Below, piece by piece: positions 7,392 to 17,123 of a stretch of DNA of 64,000 nucleotides (position 1 is its first letter; every line of letters starts with the position of its first letter). The DNA lies in NCBI GenBank assembly GCA_963831905.1, contig CAWHRX010000002.1, positions 140,150 to 204,149 on the forward strand, given 5' to 3'. The translations under genes were made by a program, and so were the position numbers. Below the pieces are notes generated by a model. It worked only from the letters and a program-made list of their open reading frames with translations. It did no database searches and was not told where the DNA came from. This DNA comes from an uncultured Acidobacteriota bacterium (lineage in GTDB: Bacteria > Acidobacteriota > Terriglobia > UBA7540).

Positions 7392-8888
7392 GTGACGACA
7401 AGTCTTTTGTTCCAGACCATTGACCAATTAAGCCGCGAGAAAGGTATCGACTCGCAGATTATCGTGGCGGCGGTGGAGGATGCCGTCCTGGTGGCGACGC
7501 GCAAGTATTACAAGTCCGCAGAAGATCTTCAGTCGCATTTCAACAAGGTGACCGGACAGGTTGAGGTGTACGCCGTCAAGAAGGTTGTGGCGGAAGTCCA
7601 GGATGCAGATCATGAGATCAGCGTGGAGCAGGCGCAGAAAATAGATCCCCAGGCGGCCGTGGATGGCGAGGTGCGAATTCCGAAGGCCACGGATGTTCTG
7701 GGCAGGATTGCCGCGCAGGCCGCGAAGCAGGTGATTTTTCAGAAAGTACGCGAAGCGGAGCGCGACACGGTTTACGCGGAGTACAACCAGCGCGTGGGCG
7801 AGTTGGTAAATTGTACGGTGAAGCGGGTGGAGGGTCCTGACGTCATCGTGGATCTGGGCCGAACGGAAGCGCGCATGCCGCGCAAGGAGCAGTCGCGCCT
7901 GGAGAATTACCAGATCGGCGACCGCATCCGGGCGGTCATCACGCAAGTGGACCGCGCGGCGCGGGGGCCGCAGGTGGTGGTGTCGCGGGCCGACGCGATG
8001 CTGGTGCAGAAGCTCTTCGAAATGGAAGTTCCGGAGATCTACGACGGCACCGTAGTGATCAAAGCCATTGCGCGGGAGGCGGGCGACAGGACGAAAGTCG
8101 CGGTCTTCTCGAAGGACGCGGACGTGGATTGCGTGGGCGCCTGCGTGGGTATGAAAGGCATGCGCGTGCAGTCGATCATCCGGGAGTTGCGCGGGGAGAA
8201 GATCGACATCATCGAATACAATGACGACCCGCTGGTTTTCGCGGCCAACTCACTGAGCCCCGCCAAGATCAACCACGTCTCGATTCTGGAACTGGAGCAG
8301 AAGCACCTGGAAGTGATTGTTGACGACACGCAATTGTCCCTGGCGATCGGGAAGAAAGGGCAGAACGTGCGGCTGGCCGCGAAGCTTCTCGACTGGCATA
8401 TCGATATTAAGAGCGAAGAAGAGAAACGCCAGGAGATCGAATCGCAGATGGCGGCGATGGCATTGCGCGGCGCCTCGATTTCGGAGTTGCAAGGCCTGGG
8501 CGAAAAGACACTCGAGCGATTGAGGGAGAAAGGCATTGAGACCGTCGAGCAACTGGCCCAGATGACTCCCGATGATCTAACGCAGATCCCTGGCATCGGG
8601 GAAAAGACGGTCGAGAAGATTCGGCGCGTGGTGACGGACTACTTTGAACAGGACCGGGGTGAACCCCCGGCCGAGGAAGTTGCCCCTGCGGAAGCGGAAG
8701 GCGTGCCGGTTGAAGAGCCGCCTGCGGAGCCTGCCGCCGATGTGAAAGAGCCGGGCGAAGAGGGGGCGAGCACCGAGGATTCTGCCCAGCCGGAAGCTGC
8801 AGAGGAAGCTGCCGAGGCGCCTGTAGAGGAAGCTGCCTCCAGCGGAGATAAGACCTCCGCCGGAGAGGAAGGGGGGAAGGAAGAATGA
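7392..8888 (+). CDS. nusA: transcription termination/antitermination factor NusA
   Basis: N-terminal domain, then S1, two KH regions and one HhH repeat (IPGIGEKTVEKI). It ends in a long acidic low-complexity tail. Confidence 0.9.
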   Translation: MTTSLLFQTIDQLSREKGIDSQIIVAAVEDAVLVATRKYYKSAEDLQSHFNKVTGQVEVYAVKKVVAEVQDADHEISVEQAQKIDPQAAVDGEVRIPKATDVLGRIAAQAAKQVIFQKVREAERDTVYAEYNQRVGELVNCTVKRVEGPDVIVDLGRTEARMPRKEQSRLENYQIGDRIRAVITQVDRAARGPQVVVSRADAMLVQKLFEMEVPEIYDGTVVIKAIAREAGDRTKVAVFSKDADVDCVGACVGMKGMRVQSIIRELRGEKIDIIEYNDDPLVFAANSLSPAKINHVSILELEQKHLEVIVDDTQLSLAIGKKGQNVRLAAKLLDWHIDIKSEEEKRQEIESQMAAMALRGASISELQGLGEKTLERLREKGIETVEQLAQMTPDDLTQIPGIGEKTVEKIRRVVTDYFEQDRGEPPAEEVAPAEAEGVPVEEPPAEPAADVKEPGEEGASTEDSAQPEAAEEAAEAPVEEAASSGDKTSAGEEGGKEE

Positions 8889-9032
8889 AATAAGACTATT
8901 TGGGCGTTGCCCTTCCAGAAGGCCGGGGCTTTGCAAGTCCTGCCGTCGGCCTCGAAGGCGCCTCGGCCCCAGATTTCACCCAATCCTCTTGTGAGGGGCG
9001 GGAAGCGAGGGAGAGTAAGAACAGAAGACCGA

Positions 9033-11789
9033 ATGGGCAACATACGAATTAACGTTTTGGCGCGCGAGCTGGAAGTCAAGAGTCACCTGATCCTGGAGTA
9101 CCTGAACGTACTCGGGGTGGAGAAGAAGTCTCACTCCAGTGCGCTTGACGACGACATCGCCGACAAGGTTCGAGAACATTTCCGTGCTTTGAGCGAAGCG
9201 GGCGCAACTTTTGAGGCAGCACCCATAGCGCCTCCGCCTGCACCCGTTGCGGTGAAAGAACCGCCGCATGTGTTTCTCGAGCCCAAGCGGCTGCCGGATA
9301 TCATCAAGGCCGAATTGAACACTCCGCTGACGCGGACCCTTGAAGAAATTAAGAATGCCGCACGCAGAGCGATGGCGCCCCCACCTCCGAGGGTGGTACA
9401 TGTTCCGGAGACGCCGGCAGCGGCCTTGAAGCCGACGAGTGCGGTGCACAAGCCTGCGCCCACTCCACCCCCGCCTGTCCGCCCGGTAATCCCGGTAGCG
9501 CCAGCGGCCGCAGCCATTGGCGGCCAGATTGCCCCCACCCCGCCGCCCGAGCCTTCTGTGCGGCCGGTGGTCAGCCCGGCGACTCCTCCGCCCGCGCCGC
9601 CCGTCGCCAGGATCGAAGTCCCACCTGCGCCGGTGGCGCGCGCAAGTGGCATGACGGAAGCTCCGCCGTCGGCGGCGAGGGTGCCCGACGTGCCGAACCT
9701 GGTGGCCCGCGCGATTGCGGAGGGCAAGTCGGCGCGCGCCACGCGCGTGGTGCGGCGAGACCCCTCGTCCAGCCAACCGATCTACCCCCACGCGGCCAAG
9801 GCCAAAGTCGCGCCCCCGCGCCCGCCGGTGGCTCGCCGGCCCGGCGAGCCGCGGCCCATGCATCCCACTTCGGCACGCTCGATGCCGAGTGCCGGGGCCG
9901 GCGCCGTGGCCACGGGCGGCGTACCCGCAACACGGCCACCGGCGGGGCGCCCCGTCTCGGCGCCGCCGCGTCCTATGAGTTATCCCGCACCGCCGCCGCC
10001 CAAGCCGGTGGTGCCGGAAGAAGTTCCGCTTACGCGCAAGATCACGATTACCGAAGGCATCGCCATCAAAGAGCTTTCCGAGAAGTTGCAGGTACGCGCT
10101 AAAGACGTCATCAAGCGGCTGTTGGATAAAGGCATCTTTGCAACCATCAACCAGACGCTGGATGGCCAGACGGCAACCGAAGTGGCGCGGGGATTTGGAG
10201 CGGAAGCCAATGTGGTGAGCTACGAAGAGGAAATCCTCCAGGAAGAACAAGTGACGGATCGCCGCGAAGACCTGGAAGGGCGTGCGCCGGTGGTGACGGT
10301 CATGGGACACGTCGATCACGGCAAGACCTCGCTGCTGGACGCCATCCGGCGGACGAATGTCGCGGCGCACGAAGCGGGCGGCATCACCCAGAGCATCGGC
10401 GCCTACCAGGTGGAAGCCCAAGGGCGCAAATTGACTTTCATCGACACGCCCGGCCACGAAGCCTTCACGATGATGCGGGCGCGCGGGGCGCGAGTGACCG
10501 ATGTGGTTGTGCTGGTGGTGGCGGCCGACGACGGCGTGATGCCGCAGACGCTGGAAGCTATTAACCACGCCCGCGCGGCCAACGTTCCCATCGTGGTGGC
10601 GATCAATAAGATTGATAAAGCGGATGCCCAACCGGAACGCGTCAAGCGGCAACTGACGGAGCATGGCTTGATGCCGGAAGAGTGGGGCGGACAAACCGTG
10701 ACCGTCGAGGTCTCCGCCAAGCAGAAGAAGAATCTCGATTTGCTTCTGGAGATGACTCTCCTGGTGTCGGATCTCCAACAACTGAAGGCCAATCCCAAGC
10801 GCCTTGCGACGGGAACGGTGCTGGAAGCGAAACTGGACCGCGGCCGGGGCCCGGTGGCGACGCTCCTGGTGCAGAATGGAACTCTGCGAGTCGGCGATTC
10901 TTTCATCATCGGCCCGATTTACGGCAAAGTGCGAGCCATGTTCGATTACCGCGGCCAGCCGGTGATCGAAGCCCTGCCCTCCTCGCCGGTGGAAGTGCTG
11001 GGCTTGGAAGATGTTCCTCAGGCCGGCGACAGGCTGCAGGTGATCGACGATACCTTGAAGGCCCGGCAAATTGCGCTGCATCGCCAGGCCAAGCAGCGTG
11101 AAGCCGCCTTGGCCAAGAGCGCCCGGCTGACACTCGAGCAGTTGCACGCACAGCTTGCGGCGGGCGACGTCAAGGAATTACCGCTCATCATCAAGGCGGA
11201 TGTGCAGGGGTCGGTGGAAGTCCTTTCCGACACGCTGAACAAATTGAGCACCGACAGGGTCAAGGTGAAGGTGATTCACGCCGGCGTGGGCGCCATCACC
11301 GAGACCGACGTGCTGCTGGCTTCGGCGTCCAATGCGGTGGTGATCGGCTTCAACGTTCGGCCGGAGCGCAAGGCTACAGATCTTGCCCAGTTGGAGCAGG
11401 TCGACATCCGCATGCACACCATCATTTACAACGTCACCGACGAAATCAAGAAGGCCATGACGGGACTCCTGGCCGTGGTTTTCAAGGAAACGATCTTGGG
11501 CCGCGCGGAGGTGCGGGAGGTTTTCCGGATCTCCAACGTCGGAATGGTGGCGGGCTGTTACCTTCAGGACGGCAAGATCACCCGGGAGGCGCTCGTCCGC
11601 CTGCTCCGTGATAGCGTGGTGGTCCACCAGGGCAAACTCAAATCCTTGCGGCGATTTAAAGACGACGTCACGGAAGTGAGGACCGGGATGGAATGCGGCA
11701 TCGCGCTTGAGAATTTCAGCGACGTCAAGATCGGCGACCTGATCGAGGCCTTCGTGAAGGAGAGAGTTCCCGAGCCTGTGATGGCGTGA
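9033..11789 (+). CDS. infB: translation initiation factor IF-2
   Basis: ATG 9033 ([13 protein letters not shown]) lies in frame within ORF 8907... It has a Pro/Ala-rich N-terminal region and G motifs [13 protein letters not shown] and NKID. Confidence 0.9.
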   Translation: MGNIRINVLARELEVKSHLILEYLNVLGVEKKSHSSALDDDIADKVREHFRALSEAGATFEAAPIAPPPAPVAVKEPPHVFLEPKRLPDIIKAELNTPLTRTLEEIKNAARRAMAPPPPRVVHVPETPAAALKPTSAVHKPAPTPPPPVRPVIPVAPAAAAIGGQIAPTPPPEPSVRPVVSPATPPPAPPVARIEVPPAPVARASGMTEAPPSAARVPDVPNLVARAIAEGKSARATRVVRRDPSSSQPIYPHAAKAKVAPPRPPVARRPGEPRPMHPTSARSMPSAGAGAVATGGVPATRPPAGRPVSAPPRPMSYPAPPPPKPVVPEEVPLTRKITITEGIAIKELSEKLQVRAKDVIKRLLDKGIFATINQTLDGQTATEVARGFGAEANVVSYEEEILQEEQVTDRREDLEGRAPVVTVMGHVDHGKTSLLDAIRRTNVAAHEAGGITQSIGAYQVEAQGRKLTFIDTPGHEAFTMMRARGARVTDVVVLVVAADDGVMPQTLEAINHARAANVPIVVAINKIDKADAQPERVKRQLTEHGLMPEEWGGQTVTVEVSAKQKKNLDLLLEMTLLVSDLQQLKANPKRLATGTVLEAKLDRGRGPVATLLVQNGTLRVGDSFIIGPIYGKVRAMFDYRGQPVIEALPSSPVEVLGLEDVPQAGDRLQVIDDTLKARQIALHRQAKQREAALAKSARLTLEQLHAQLAAGDVKELPLIIKADVQGSVEVLSDTLNKLSTDRVKVKVIHAGVGAITETDVLLASASNAVVIGFNVRPERKATDLAQLEQVDIRMHTIIYNVTDEIKKAMTGLLAVVFKETILGRAEVREVFRISNVGMVAGCYLQDGKITREALVRLLRDSVVVHQGKLKSLRRFKDDVTEVRTGMECGIALENFSDVKIGDLIEAFVKERVPEPVMA

Positions 11790-11823
11790 TGCCCTCAGGC
11801 TGGTCATTCTGAATCCTTCCCTT

Positions 11824-11938
11824 GTCATTCTGAGCGAAGCGAAGAATCCCGGCAGTGGGCTCAGAGCAAACTCAGCGAAGTTACTCGGCGATGCCGAGCG
11901 TCGCAACTGCAGAGATTCTTCGCTCCGCTCAGAATGAC
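11824..11938. repeat. palindromic element GTCATTCTGAGCGAAGCGAAGAATC ... GATTCTTCGCTCCGCTCAGAATGAC
   Basis: Arms at 11824..11848 and 11914..11938. An extra half-site GGTCATTCTGAATCC lies at 11802. Confidence 0.85.
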
Positions 11939-11994
11939 AAGGCGCCGTCGCCCCCGCGAAAGTGGGGGCCCATTGTCGGGCCTGAGCGCAATGG

Positions 11995-12014
11995 ATTCCC
12001 GCTTGCGCGGGAAT
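11995..12014. repeat. short hairpin ATTCCCGC ttgc GCGGGAAT
   Basis: 8-bp inverted repeat. It is a second small-palindrome type in the infB-DUF503 spacer, and its antisense translation gives VIPAQAGIH. Confidence 0.6.
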
Positions 12015-12040
12015 GACGTGATTCGCCGGGTGCGAACGCA

Positions 12041-12322
12041 ATGCCCGTTGGTCTGCTTACCCTGGAGATCCAGCTACCCTACGCTCACTCCCTCAAGGAA
12101 AAGCGGGCCGTGCTGCGCAAGATGCGCGATCGGCTGCGCTCGCGCTTTAACGTCGCCGTCGCCGAGTTGAGTCACGAGGACGTTTGGCAGCACGCCACGC
12201 TGGGAGTGGCCTCGGTCTCCGATAGCCAGCCGTTGCTGGAATCCGTGTTCCGGCAGGTCTTGGCCGAGACCGAAAAAATCCTGGGCGACGACGTGGCGAA
12301 TTATTTTGTGGAGTTTTATTGA
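12041..12322 (+). CDS. DUF503 (YlxP-like) protein
   Basis: 93 aa with LEIQLPYAHSLKEKRAVLRKMRDRL, typical of DUF503. It sits downstream of infB, as ylxP does in Bacillus. Confidence 0.75.
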   Translation: MPVGLLTLEIQLPYAHSLKEKRAVLRKMRDRLRSRFNVAVAELSHEDVWQHATLGVASVSDSQPLLESVFRQVLAETEKILGDDVANYFVEFY

Positions 12323-12420
12323 GAGTCGACAGTTGACAGTCGACAGTTGACTGTCAGAAAGAGGGAACATTAGGGCTCTCGACTTTTGACTGTCGACTGT
12401 AAACTGTCGACTGTCAACTC
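12323..12420. repeat. heptamer-periodic inverted repeat (GTYGACA units)
   Basis: Left arm is GAGTCGACAGTTGACAGTCGACAGTTGACTGTC. Right arm is CTCGACTTTTGACTGTCGACTGTAAACTGTCGACTGTCAACTC. It starts 1 nt after the DUF503 stop. Confidence 0.85.
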
Positions 12421-12427
12421 GTGTCTC

Positions 12428-13357
12428 ATGACTGATGCCGCTGTGGAAATCTCGGGAGTCCTCGTCATTGACAAACCGCCGGGGCTCACCTCGCATGATG
12501 TCGTGGCGCAGGTGCGCCGCATTCTGGGCATTCGCCAGGTTGGGCACTTCGGCACACTGGACCCCTTCGCTACCGGCGTGCTGCCTGTTTCCGTGGGTAA
12601 GGCGACGCGCTTTGCGCAATTCTATCTGAAGTCGCGAAAGTCCTATTCGGGTGTCATCCGCTTCGGCCATTCAACCGACACCTACGACTCGACCGGCCGA
12701 GCGACCTCAGAAGATCAGCCCGTAACACTCGAGACGGCGAGTCTGGAGAAGCTCTTCCAAGAGTTTACCGGCCGATTAATGCAGACCCCGCCGCCTTTTT
12801 CGGCGAAACACGTGGGCGGGGTGCGCGCCTATGAATTGGCCCGGCAGCATAAACCTGTTTCGCTCGCGCCGGTGGAAGTGGAGATTTATGCGCTCGAGTT
12901 GCTGGAAATCGCGGGGCCGGACGTGCGGTTTGCCGTCGAGTGTTCCGGCGGGACGTACGTGCGGTCGCTCGCGCACGACTTCGGCCAGCGACTTCGTTCG
13001 GGAGCTTATCTCGCCGATTTGCGGCGCACGGCTGTGGCGGAGTTCAAGGAGAGCCAAGCCGTCACACTGGAGCGGCTCGCCGACGCGTGCGGGCAGAAGA
13101 AGGTAGAAAGCTGCCTGGTGCCGCTGGAAGCGCTGCTGCCGGAATTCCCGGAACTGATCGTTCGCGGACGCCAGGAGGTGGGCGTACGCCACGGACACGC
13201 TTTCGAATTGGCGCAATCCATGCGCGCCGGGCGCGGCGGCACGGCCCTTTCGCCTGTCGCCGCTTTGTTGAAGATCCTGAATCCCGAGCGGCGGCTCATC
13301 GCCGTGGCCCGGCATGTTCAGGGAAGCGTTTACCATCCGCATCTGGTGCTGGTGTAG
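12428..13357 (+). CDS. truB: tRNA pseudouridine(55) synthase
   Basis: ATG 12428. It has GVLVIDKPPGLTSHDVV and GHFGTLDPFATGVL (catalytic Asp). Confidence 0.9.
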   Translation: MTDAAVEISGVLVIDKPPGLTSHDVVAQVRRILGIRQVGHFGTLDPFATGVLPVSVGKATRFAQFYLKSRKSYSGVIRFGHSTDTYDSTGRATSEDQPVTLETASLEKLFQEFTGRLMQTPPPFSAKHVGGVRAYELARQHKPVSLAPVEVEIYALELLEIAGPDVRFAVECSGGTYVRSLAHDFGQRLRSGAYLADLRRTAVAEFKESQAVTLERLADACGQKKVESCLVPLEALLPEFPELIVRGRQEVGVRHGHAFELAQSMRAGRGGTALSPVAALLKILNPERRLIAVARHVQGSVYHPHLVLV

Positions 13358-13365
13358 CGGACGAA

Positions 13366-13399
13366 GGCAGTGGGCAGTAGGCAGTCGGCAGTAGGCAGT
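13366..13399 (+). repeat. tandem heptamer tract GGCAGTN, about 5 units
   Basis: GGCAGTG GGCAGTA GGCAGTC GGCAGTA GGCAGT, starting 9 nt after the truB stop. Confidence 0.85.
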
Positions 13400-13410
13400 T
13401 AGGGACGGCT

Positions 13411-13507
13411 GTCATTCTGAGCGAAGCGAAGAATCTGGCCCGGCCGCTTCGCTGCCAACTCGGCCCCAGAGCGAGATTCCTCGTCGCCTGCGGCTCCTCG
13501 GAATGAC
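13411..13507. repeat. GTCATTCTGAGCGAAGCGAAGAATC-family palindromic element (degenerate right arm)
   Basis: Left arm at 13411..13435. The right arm GATTCCTCG...CTCGGAATGAC is at 13475..13507. Confidence 0.75.
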
Positions 13508-13558
13508 GCCCCAAGACGGTGTTTCATCAACCGGCGTAGGCTAATGTAAGGACTCGAA

Positions 13559-14275
13559 TTGATTCACATCTGGATCATCGCAATCTGCGCAATTCTCTTG
13601 GGCGGTGTATTCGGCCTGTATGTCTACGCGTGGAGCATTCCCACCTTGCAATTGTTCACGCCAGCCATTTTGCGCGGCCCTGCCGACGGCAAGCGTATCG
13701 CCCTGACCTTCGACGACGGTCCCTGCGCCGGCTACACGGAGCCCATTCTCGAAATACTTCGCGAGCGGGGAGTGAAGGCCACGTTTTTCGTTTGCGGCCG
13801 GAACATCGAGCGCAGTCCGGAGCTTCTGCGGCGTATTCACTCTGACGGGCACACCATCGGGAACCACGGTTATTCGCACCCCTTTCCTTTCTTTCACAGG
13901 CGCAAGTTCTTTGCGCGCGAGGTCGACCGCACGCAGGAGGCGATCGAGAAAGTGACGGGGAAGCGTGCGAAGTTTTTTCGGCCTCCGTTCGGGGCGCGAT
14001 GGCTGGGGCTTCGGCCCGTGCTCGAGGCGCGCGGCCTGAGATTGGTGAACTGGTCGGACACGGGCTACGATTGGAAGCTCGACCGGGACGGGATTGTGCG
14101 TGAAACCCTCAAGTCCCTGGGCCCTGGCTCCATCGTTCTGCTTCACGACGGCGGCAGGGCCTATGCGCGGGAACGAGTCGACCGTTCGGCGACCGTGCAG
14201 GCCTTGCCTGCGATTCTTGACGGCGCCGCGAAAGCCGGTCTCGCTTTTGTCAGCTTGGACGAATTGTTGGCGTAG
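13559..14275 (+). CDS. polysaccharide deacetylase (NodB-homology) family protein
   Basis: TM anchor, then ALTFDDGP and HTIGNHGYSH motifs. TTG start. Confidence 0.8.
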   Translation: MIHIWIIAICAILLGGVFGLYVYAWSIPTLQLFTPAILRGPADGKRIALTFDDGPCAGYTEPILEILRERGVKATFFVCGRNIERSPELLRRIHSDGHTIGNHGYSHPFPFFHRRKFFAREVDRTQEAIEKVTGKRAKFFRPPFGARWLGLRPVLEARGLRLVNWSDTGYDWKLDRDGIVRETLKSLGPGSIVLLHDGGRAYARERVDRSATVQALPAILDGAAKAGLAFVSLDELLA

Positions 14276-14289
14276 GGCAGGTACTGACC

Positions 14290-15258
14290 ATGACTGAGAA
14301 TGTGTGGGTCGGATTAGACGTGGGTGGAACTAAGACAGCGATCGTGATATCCGCGGAGCCGCCCGCAGTTCTGGGGCGAACGGAATTCGCCACGCTTCCG
14401 GCGAAGGGAGCGGACCGCGCTCTCGAGCTTGCCAAGGAAGGGATTCGTGAGCTGCTGGCGCAGCGGGGGCTTGATGCAAGCGCTATCCAGCGGATTGGCG
14501 TCAGTTGCGGCGGTCCCTTGGACCGAATCGCGGGGATGATCCAGTCACCGCCCAATCTTCCCACCTGGGATAACGTTCCCATCAAGGCAATCATGGAGAA
14601 GGAATTCGGGGTGGAGTGCCAGGTGGAGAATGACGCCAACGCCGGAGCGGTCGCGGAGCACCGATTTGGCGCCGGCCAGGGGACGCAAAACATGGTCTTC
14701 CTGACCATGGGCACAGGCCTCGGCGCGGGCATCATCACGGACGGCCGCCTTTATCACGGCACGAATGATCTGGCGGGCGAGGTCGGACACATCCGGCTGA
14801 CGCCGATCGGACCGGTGGGCCATAACAAGGCGGGCTCAGCGGAAGGATGGGCGAGCGGCGGCGGTATGGCCCAGGTGGCGGTCCAAGCCGTCTTGAGGGC
14901 CGGCAAGAACAAACAGAAGACAGTCCTCCGTAAAATCCTGCAATCCGGCAAGACATTAACCGCCAAAGACGTTGGCTTGGCGGCCAGAAATGGCGACGCC
15001 GTGGCTATCCGGATTCTGGAATCGACAGGCCGGCGGCTGGGCGCGGTGCTTGCCATTCTCGTGGACTTACTGAACCCGGAACGAATCGTGATCGGGGGTC
15101 TGGCCATGCGGCTGGGCGATTTGCTGCTCGACCCGGCGCGTTCAGTCATGCAGCGGGAAGCGCTGGCTCCTGCGGTCGCACGCTGCGAGGTGGTGCCCGC
15201 GGCGCTCGACGAACGCATCGGCGATGTCGCGGCGCTTTGCGTAGCAGTGGGTTTCTGA
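14290..15258 (+). CDS. ROK family sugar kinase/regulator-like protein
   Basis: GLDVGGTKTA ATP-binding motif and the EVGH...G region typical of ROK proteins. Confidence 0.75.
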   Translation: MTENVWVGLDVGGTKTAIVISAEPPAVLGRTEFATLPAKGADRALELAKEGIRELLAQRGLDASAIQRIGVSCGGPLDRIAGMIQSPPNLPTWDNVPIKAIMEKEFGVECQVENDANAGAVAEHRFGAGQGTQNMVFLTMGTGLGAGIITDGRLYHGTNDLAGEVGHIRLTPIGPVGHNKAGSAEGWASGGGMAQVAVQAVLRAGKNKQKTVLRKILQSGKTLTAKDVGLAARNGDAVAIRILESTGRRLGAVLAILVDLLNPERIVIGGLAMRLGDLLLDPARSVMQREALAPAVARCEVVPAALDERIGDVAALCVAVGF

Positions 15259-15294
15259 GCTTGGTTTCAGATGTAGGGCTGAATTGCTGGACTT

Positions 15295-15681
15295 CTAAAT
15301 GGTCGGGATATCCGTTTGCGCGAAGTCGTTGCCTTTGGCGAGCAACGGTTCCCCTGAAGCCTTTGCGAGCGCATACGCGAAACAATCGCCAAAATTGAGA
15401 GCTGCCGGGTGGCGACCCTTGCCGTACTTGCGCCATGCCAGGCGGGCAATTTCAACTTGGTCCGCGTCTACGGGAACCACGTCTATCTTCGCTTGACGTA
15501 AGAACAGATCGAACTCCCGCCCGGCAGATTCTCCTCGGCGCGCCTCCAGCACAATGCCGGTCTCGAGGCTGTTGGCCGCCGAGATCGAACGCGTTTCAGC
15601 CTGGATCATCGCATCCAGAAACCTCCGGCGTTCCGGTTCGCCGAGAAAAATAGCGAGCAAAGCGGATGTGTCGATGATCAT
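15295..15681 (-). CDS. vapC: type II toxin VapC (PIN domain)
   Basis: 128 aa. It starts MIIDTSALLA, has acidic PIN residues, and its start overlaps the stop of the upstream small antitoxin gene. Confidence 0.8.
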   Translation of the reverse strand: MIIDTSALLAIFLGEPERRRFLDAMIQAETRSISAANSLETGIVLEARRGESAGREFDLFLRQAKIDVVPVDADQVEIARLAWRKYGKGRHPAALNFGDCFAYALAKASGEPLLAKGNDFAQTDIPTI

Positions 15682-15935
15682 CAGTCAGGGAGCCCCCGTT
15701 CATCATAGCCTAGAATTTCGTCGAGGGGCCGTGTGTCCAAGGTGGGAAGGGCATCCACACGCCGCAGTAAGTCCTCGAGTCTTGCGGACATGATACGGCC
15801 GCGCCGGCGATCAGGCAGGCGCTGCAGGCTTTCTTTGAGAGAGTGCTGAATCGCTAGGGTAATGGATTGGCCTGTTTCCTTCGCGAGTTGCCTCGCCAGG
15901 CGTTCAGTCACAGGGTTCTTTATACTCAGGGGCAT
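15681..15935 (-). CDS. vapB: type II antitoxin (VapB-type, Rv0623/PSK-like)
   Basis: 84 aa. It has MPLSIKNPVTERLARQLAKETGQS and is translationally coupled to vapC. Confidence 0.65.
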   Translation of the reverse strand: MPLSIKNPVTERLARQLAKETGQSITLAIQHSLKESLQRLPDRRRGRIMSARLEDLLRRVDALPTLDTRPLDEILGYDERGLPD

Positions 15936-16269
15936 TGTCTCCGACCCTTCGCCGTTTCTATACAGCAGTATAGAATTATATAATCGGCAACCTGAGATTG
16001 CAAACGCTGGCCTGGACCATGCCCGATCTCCAAATCACATCGAGGTGGAAGCGGCCCGGACTGCGGCCTCCGGACCCGTGCCTGAATTCGGCCATTGGAT
16101 GGCCGAGATCGGCCATGGACCCGCCCGGTTTCTCGTCCATCCGCTGTCAATCGTCCTAACCTGCACAAAATACACGTGATAGATTTCCGAATGAGAGTCC
16201 TGATTGGCAACTGACTTGCCCTACAGATTGGCGAGTCGTTCGAAGCGCTCGGTTTAACAGTCGCGAACC

Positions 16270-17052
16270 ATGAAGAGACGACGCCAATTGAAATCCGCTG
16301 TTCACTGCCGATGGGCGGCTTGTTTGGTTGGAATTTTAGGAGCCGCAGCTTTTGCTTTTGCCGTTCCTCAGGCGCAGACGAACACCACGCCCGAGGAGGC
16401 GAAGCCGACGAACACGACCCACGGAACCCCGAGCGCGCCGAAGCGCGAATTCCCGACCGGGGGCGTGTGGCATCATTTCGGCGAGAAGGGCAATGCCGCA
16501 ACTTCGCGGGGCAGTCAAACCGGCGGTGCTTACTCGACCGGGGCTGACCGTACCGTGCAGAAGGCGAGTCCCGGGGCAACATGGCAAGGCTCTGGTGCTG
16601 GGCGTACAGGCGGATTGGAGAAGCAGATGTGGGCGCTCGTCAACCAGGACCGGTTGAGACCCGAGGCACTCGCTGAAACGGGCGGGCAAGCGCGTCCGCT
16701 GAAGTGGAACGAGCGTCTGGCCGCGGTGGCGCGAGCGCATTCGCTCAACATGCTCAAGCAGCAGTCCTTCTCGCATAACGACCCCGACGGCACGACGTTC
16801 GCGGTGCGCATCAAGAGGGCGGGGATTCCCTGGGAGGCTTCAGGAGAGAACATCGCCATCTACGATACGGTGCAGAGAGCGGAATCCGCCTTCATGAACG
16901 AGCCGCGCTTTCAAAGCAATCATCGAGGCAACATCTTGAACGCGAGTTATACCGACGTGGGAATCGGAGTCGTGCAAGGCCCAGACGGCAGTCTTTACAT
17001 CACGCAAGACTTTATAGCGAGTCCACCCGAGGGCGCCCGAAGCGATGAGTAG
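16270..17052 (+). CDS. secreted CAP/SCP (YkwD-like) domain protein
   Basis: Signal peptide and a low-complexity linker. The C-terminal part has W...LA..A..HS..M......FSH and GENIA motifs. Confidence 0.7.
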   Translation: MKRRRQLKSAVHCRWAACLVGILGAAAFAFAVPQAQTNTTPEEAKPTNTTHGTPSAPKREFPTGGVWHHFGEKGNAATSRGSQTGGAYSTGADRTVQKASPGATWQGSGAGRTGGLEKQMWALVNQDRLRPEALAETGGQARPLKWNERLAAVARAHSLNMLKQQSFSHNDPDGTTFAVRIKRAGIPWEASGENIAIYDTVQRAESAFMNEPRFQSNHRGNILNASYTDVGIGVVQGPDGSLYITQDFIASPPEGARSDE

Positions 17053-17123
17053 GCTACGCAGGCGCGAGGGCAAGCTGAGAAGTGTAACCCCTGGGCCCAA
17101 AAGCTCAGAAAAGGAGATTTAAA

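Noticed and set aside
8976-11147. 723-aa ORF antisense to infB
   Set aside because: It lies fully inside, and antisense to, a gene with unmistakable IF-2 motifs. Its Arg/Gly/His-rich composition is typical of shadow ORFs in high-GC DNA. The same reasoning rejects 29636..30661, 35179..36009, 26635..27456, 26979..27926, 1473..2396, 45487.. and similar antisense ORFs.
11178-12041. 287-aa minus-strand ORF spanning the infB 3' end and the downstream spacer
   Set aside because: It is antisense to infB for most of its length. The remainder is translated palindromic repeat sequence (SLRMT and VIPAQAGIH peptides).
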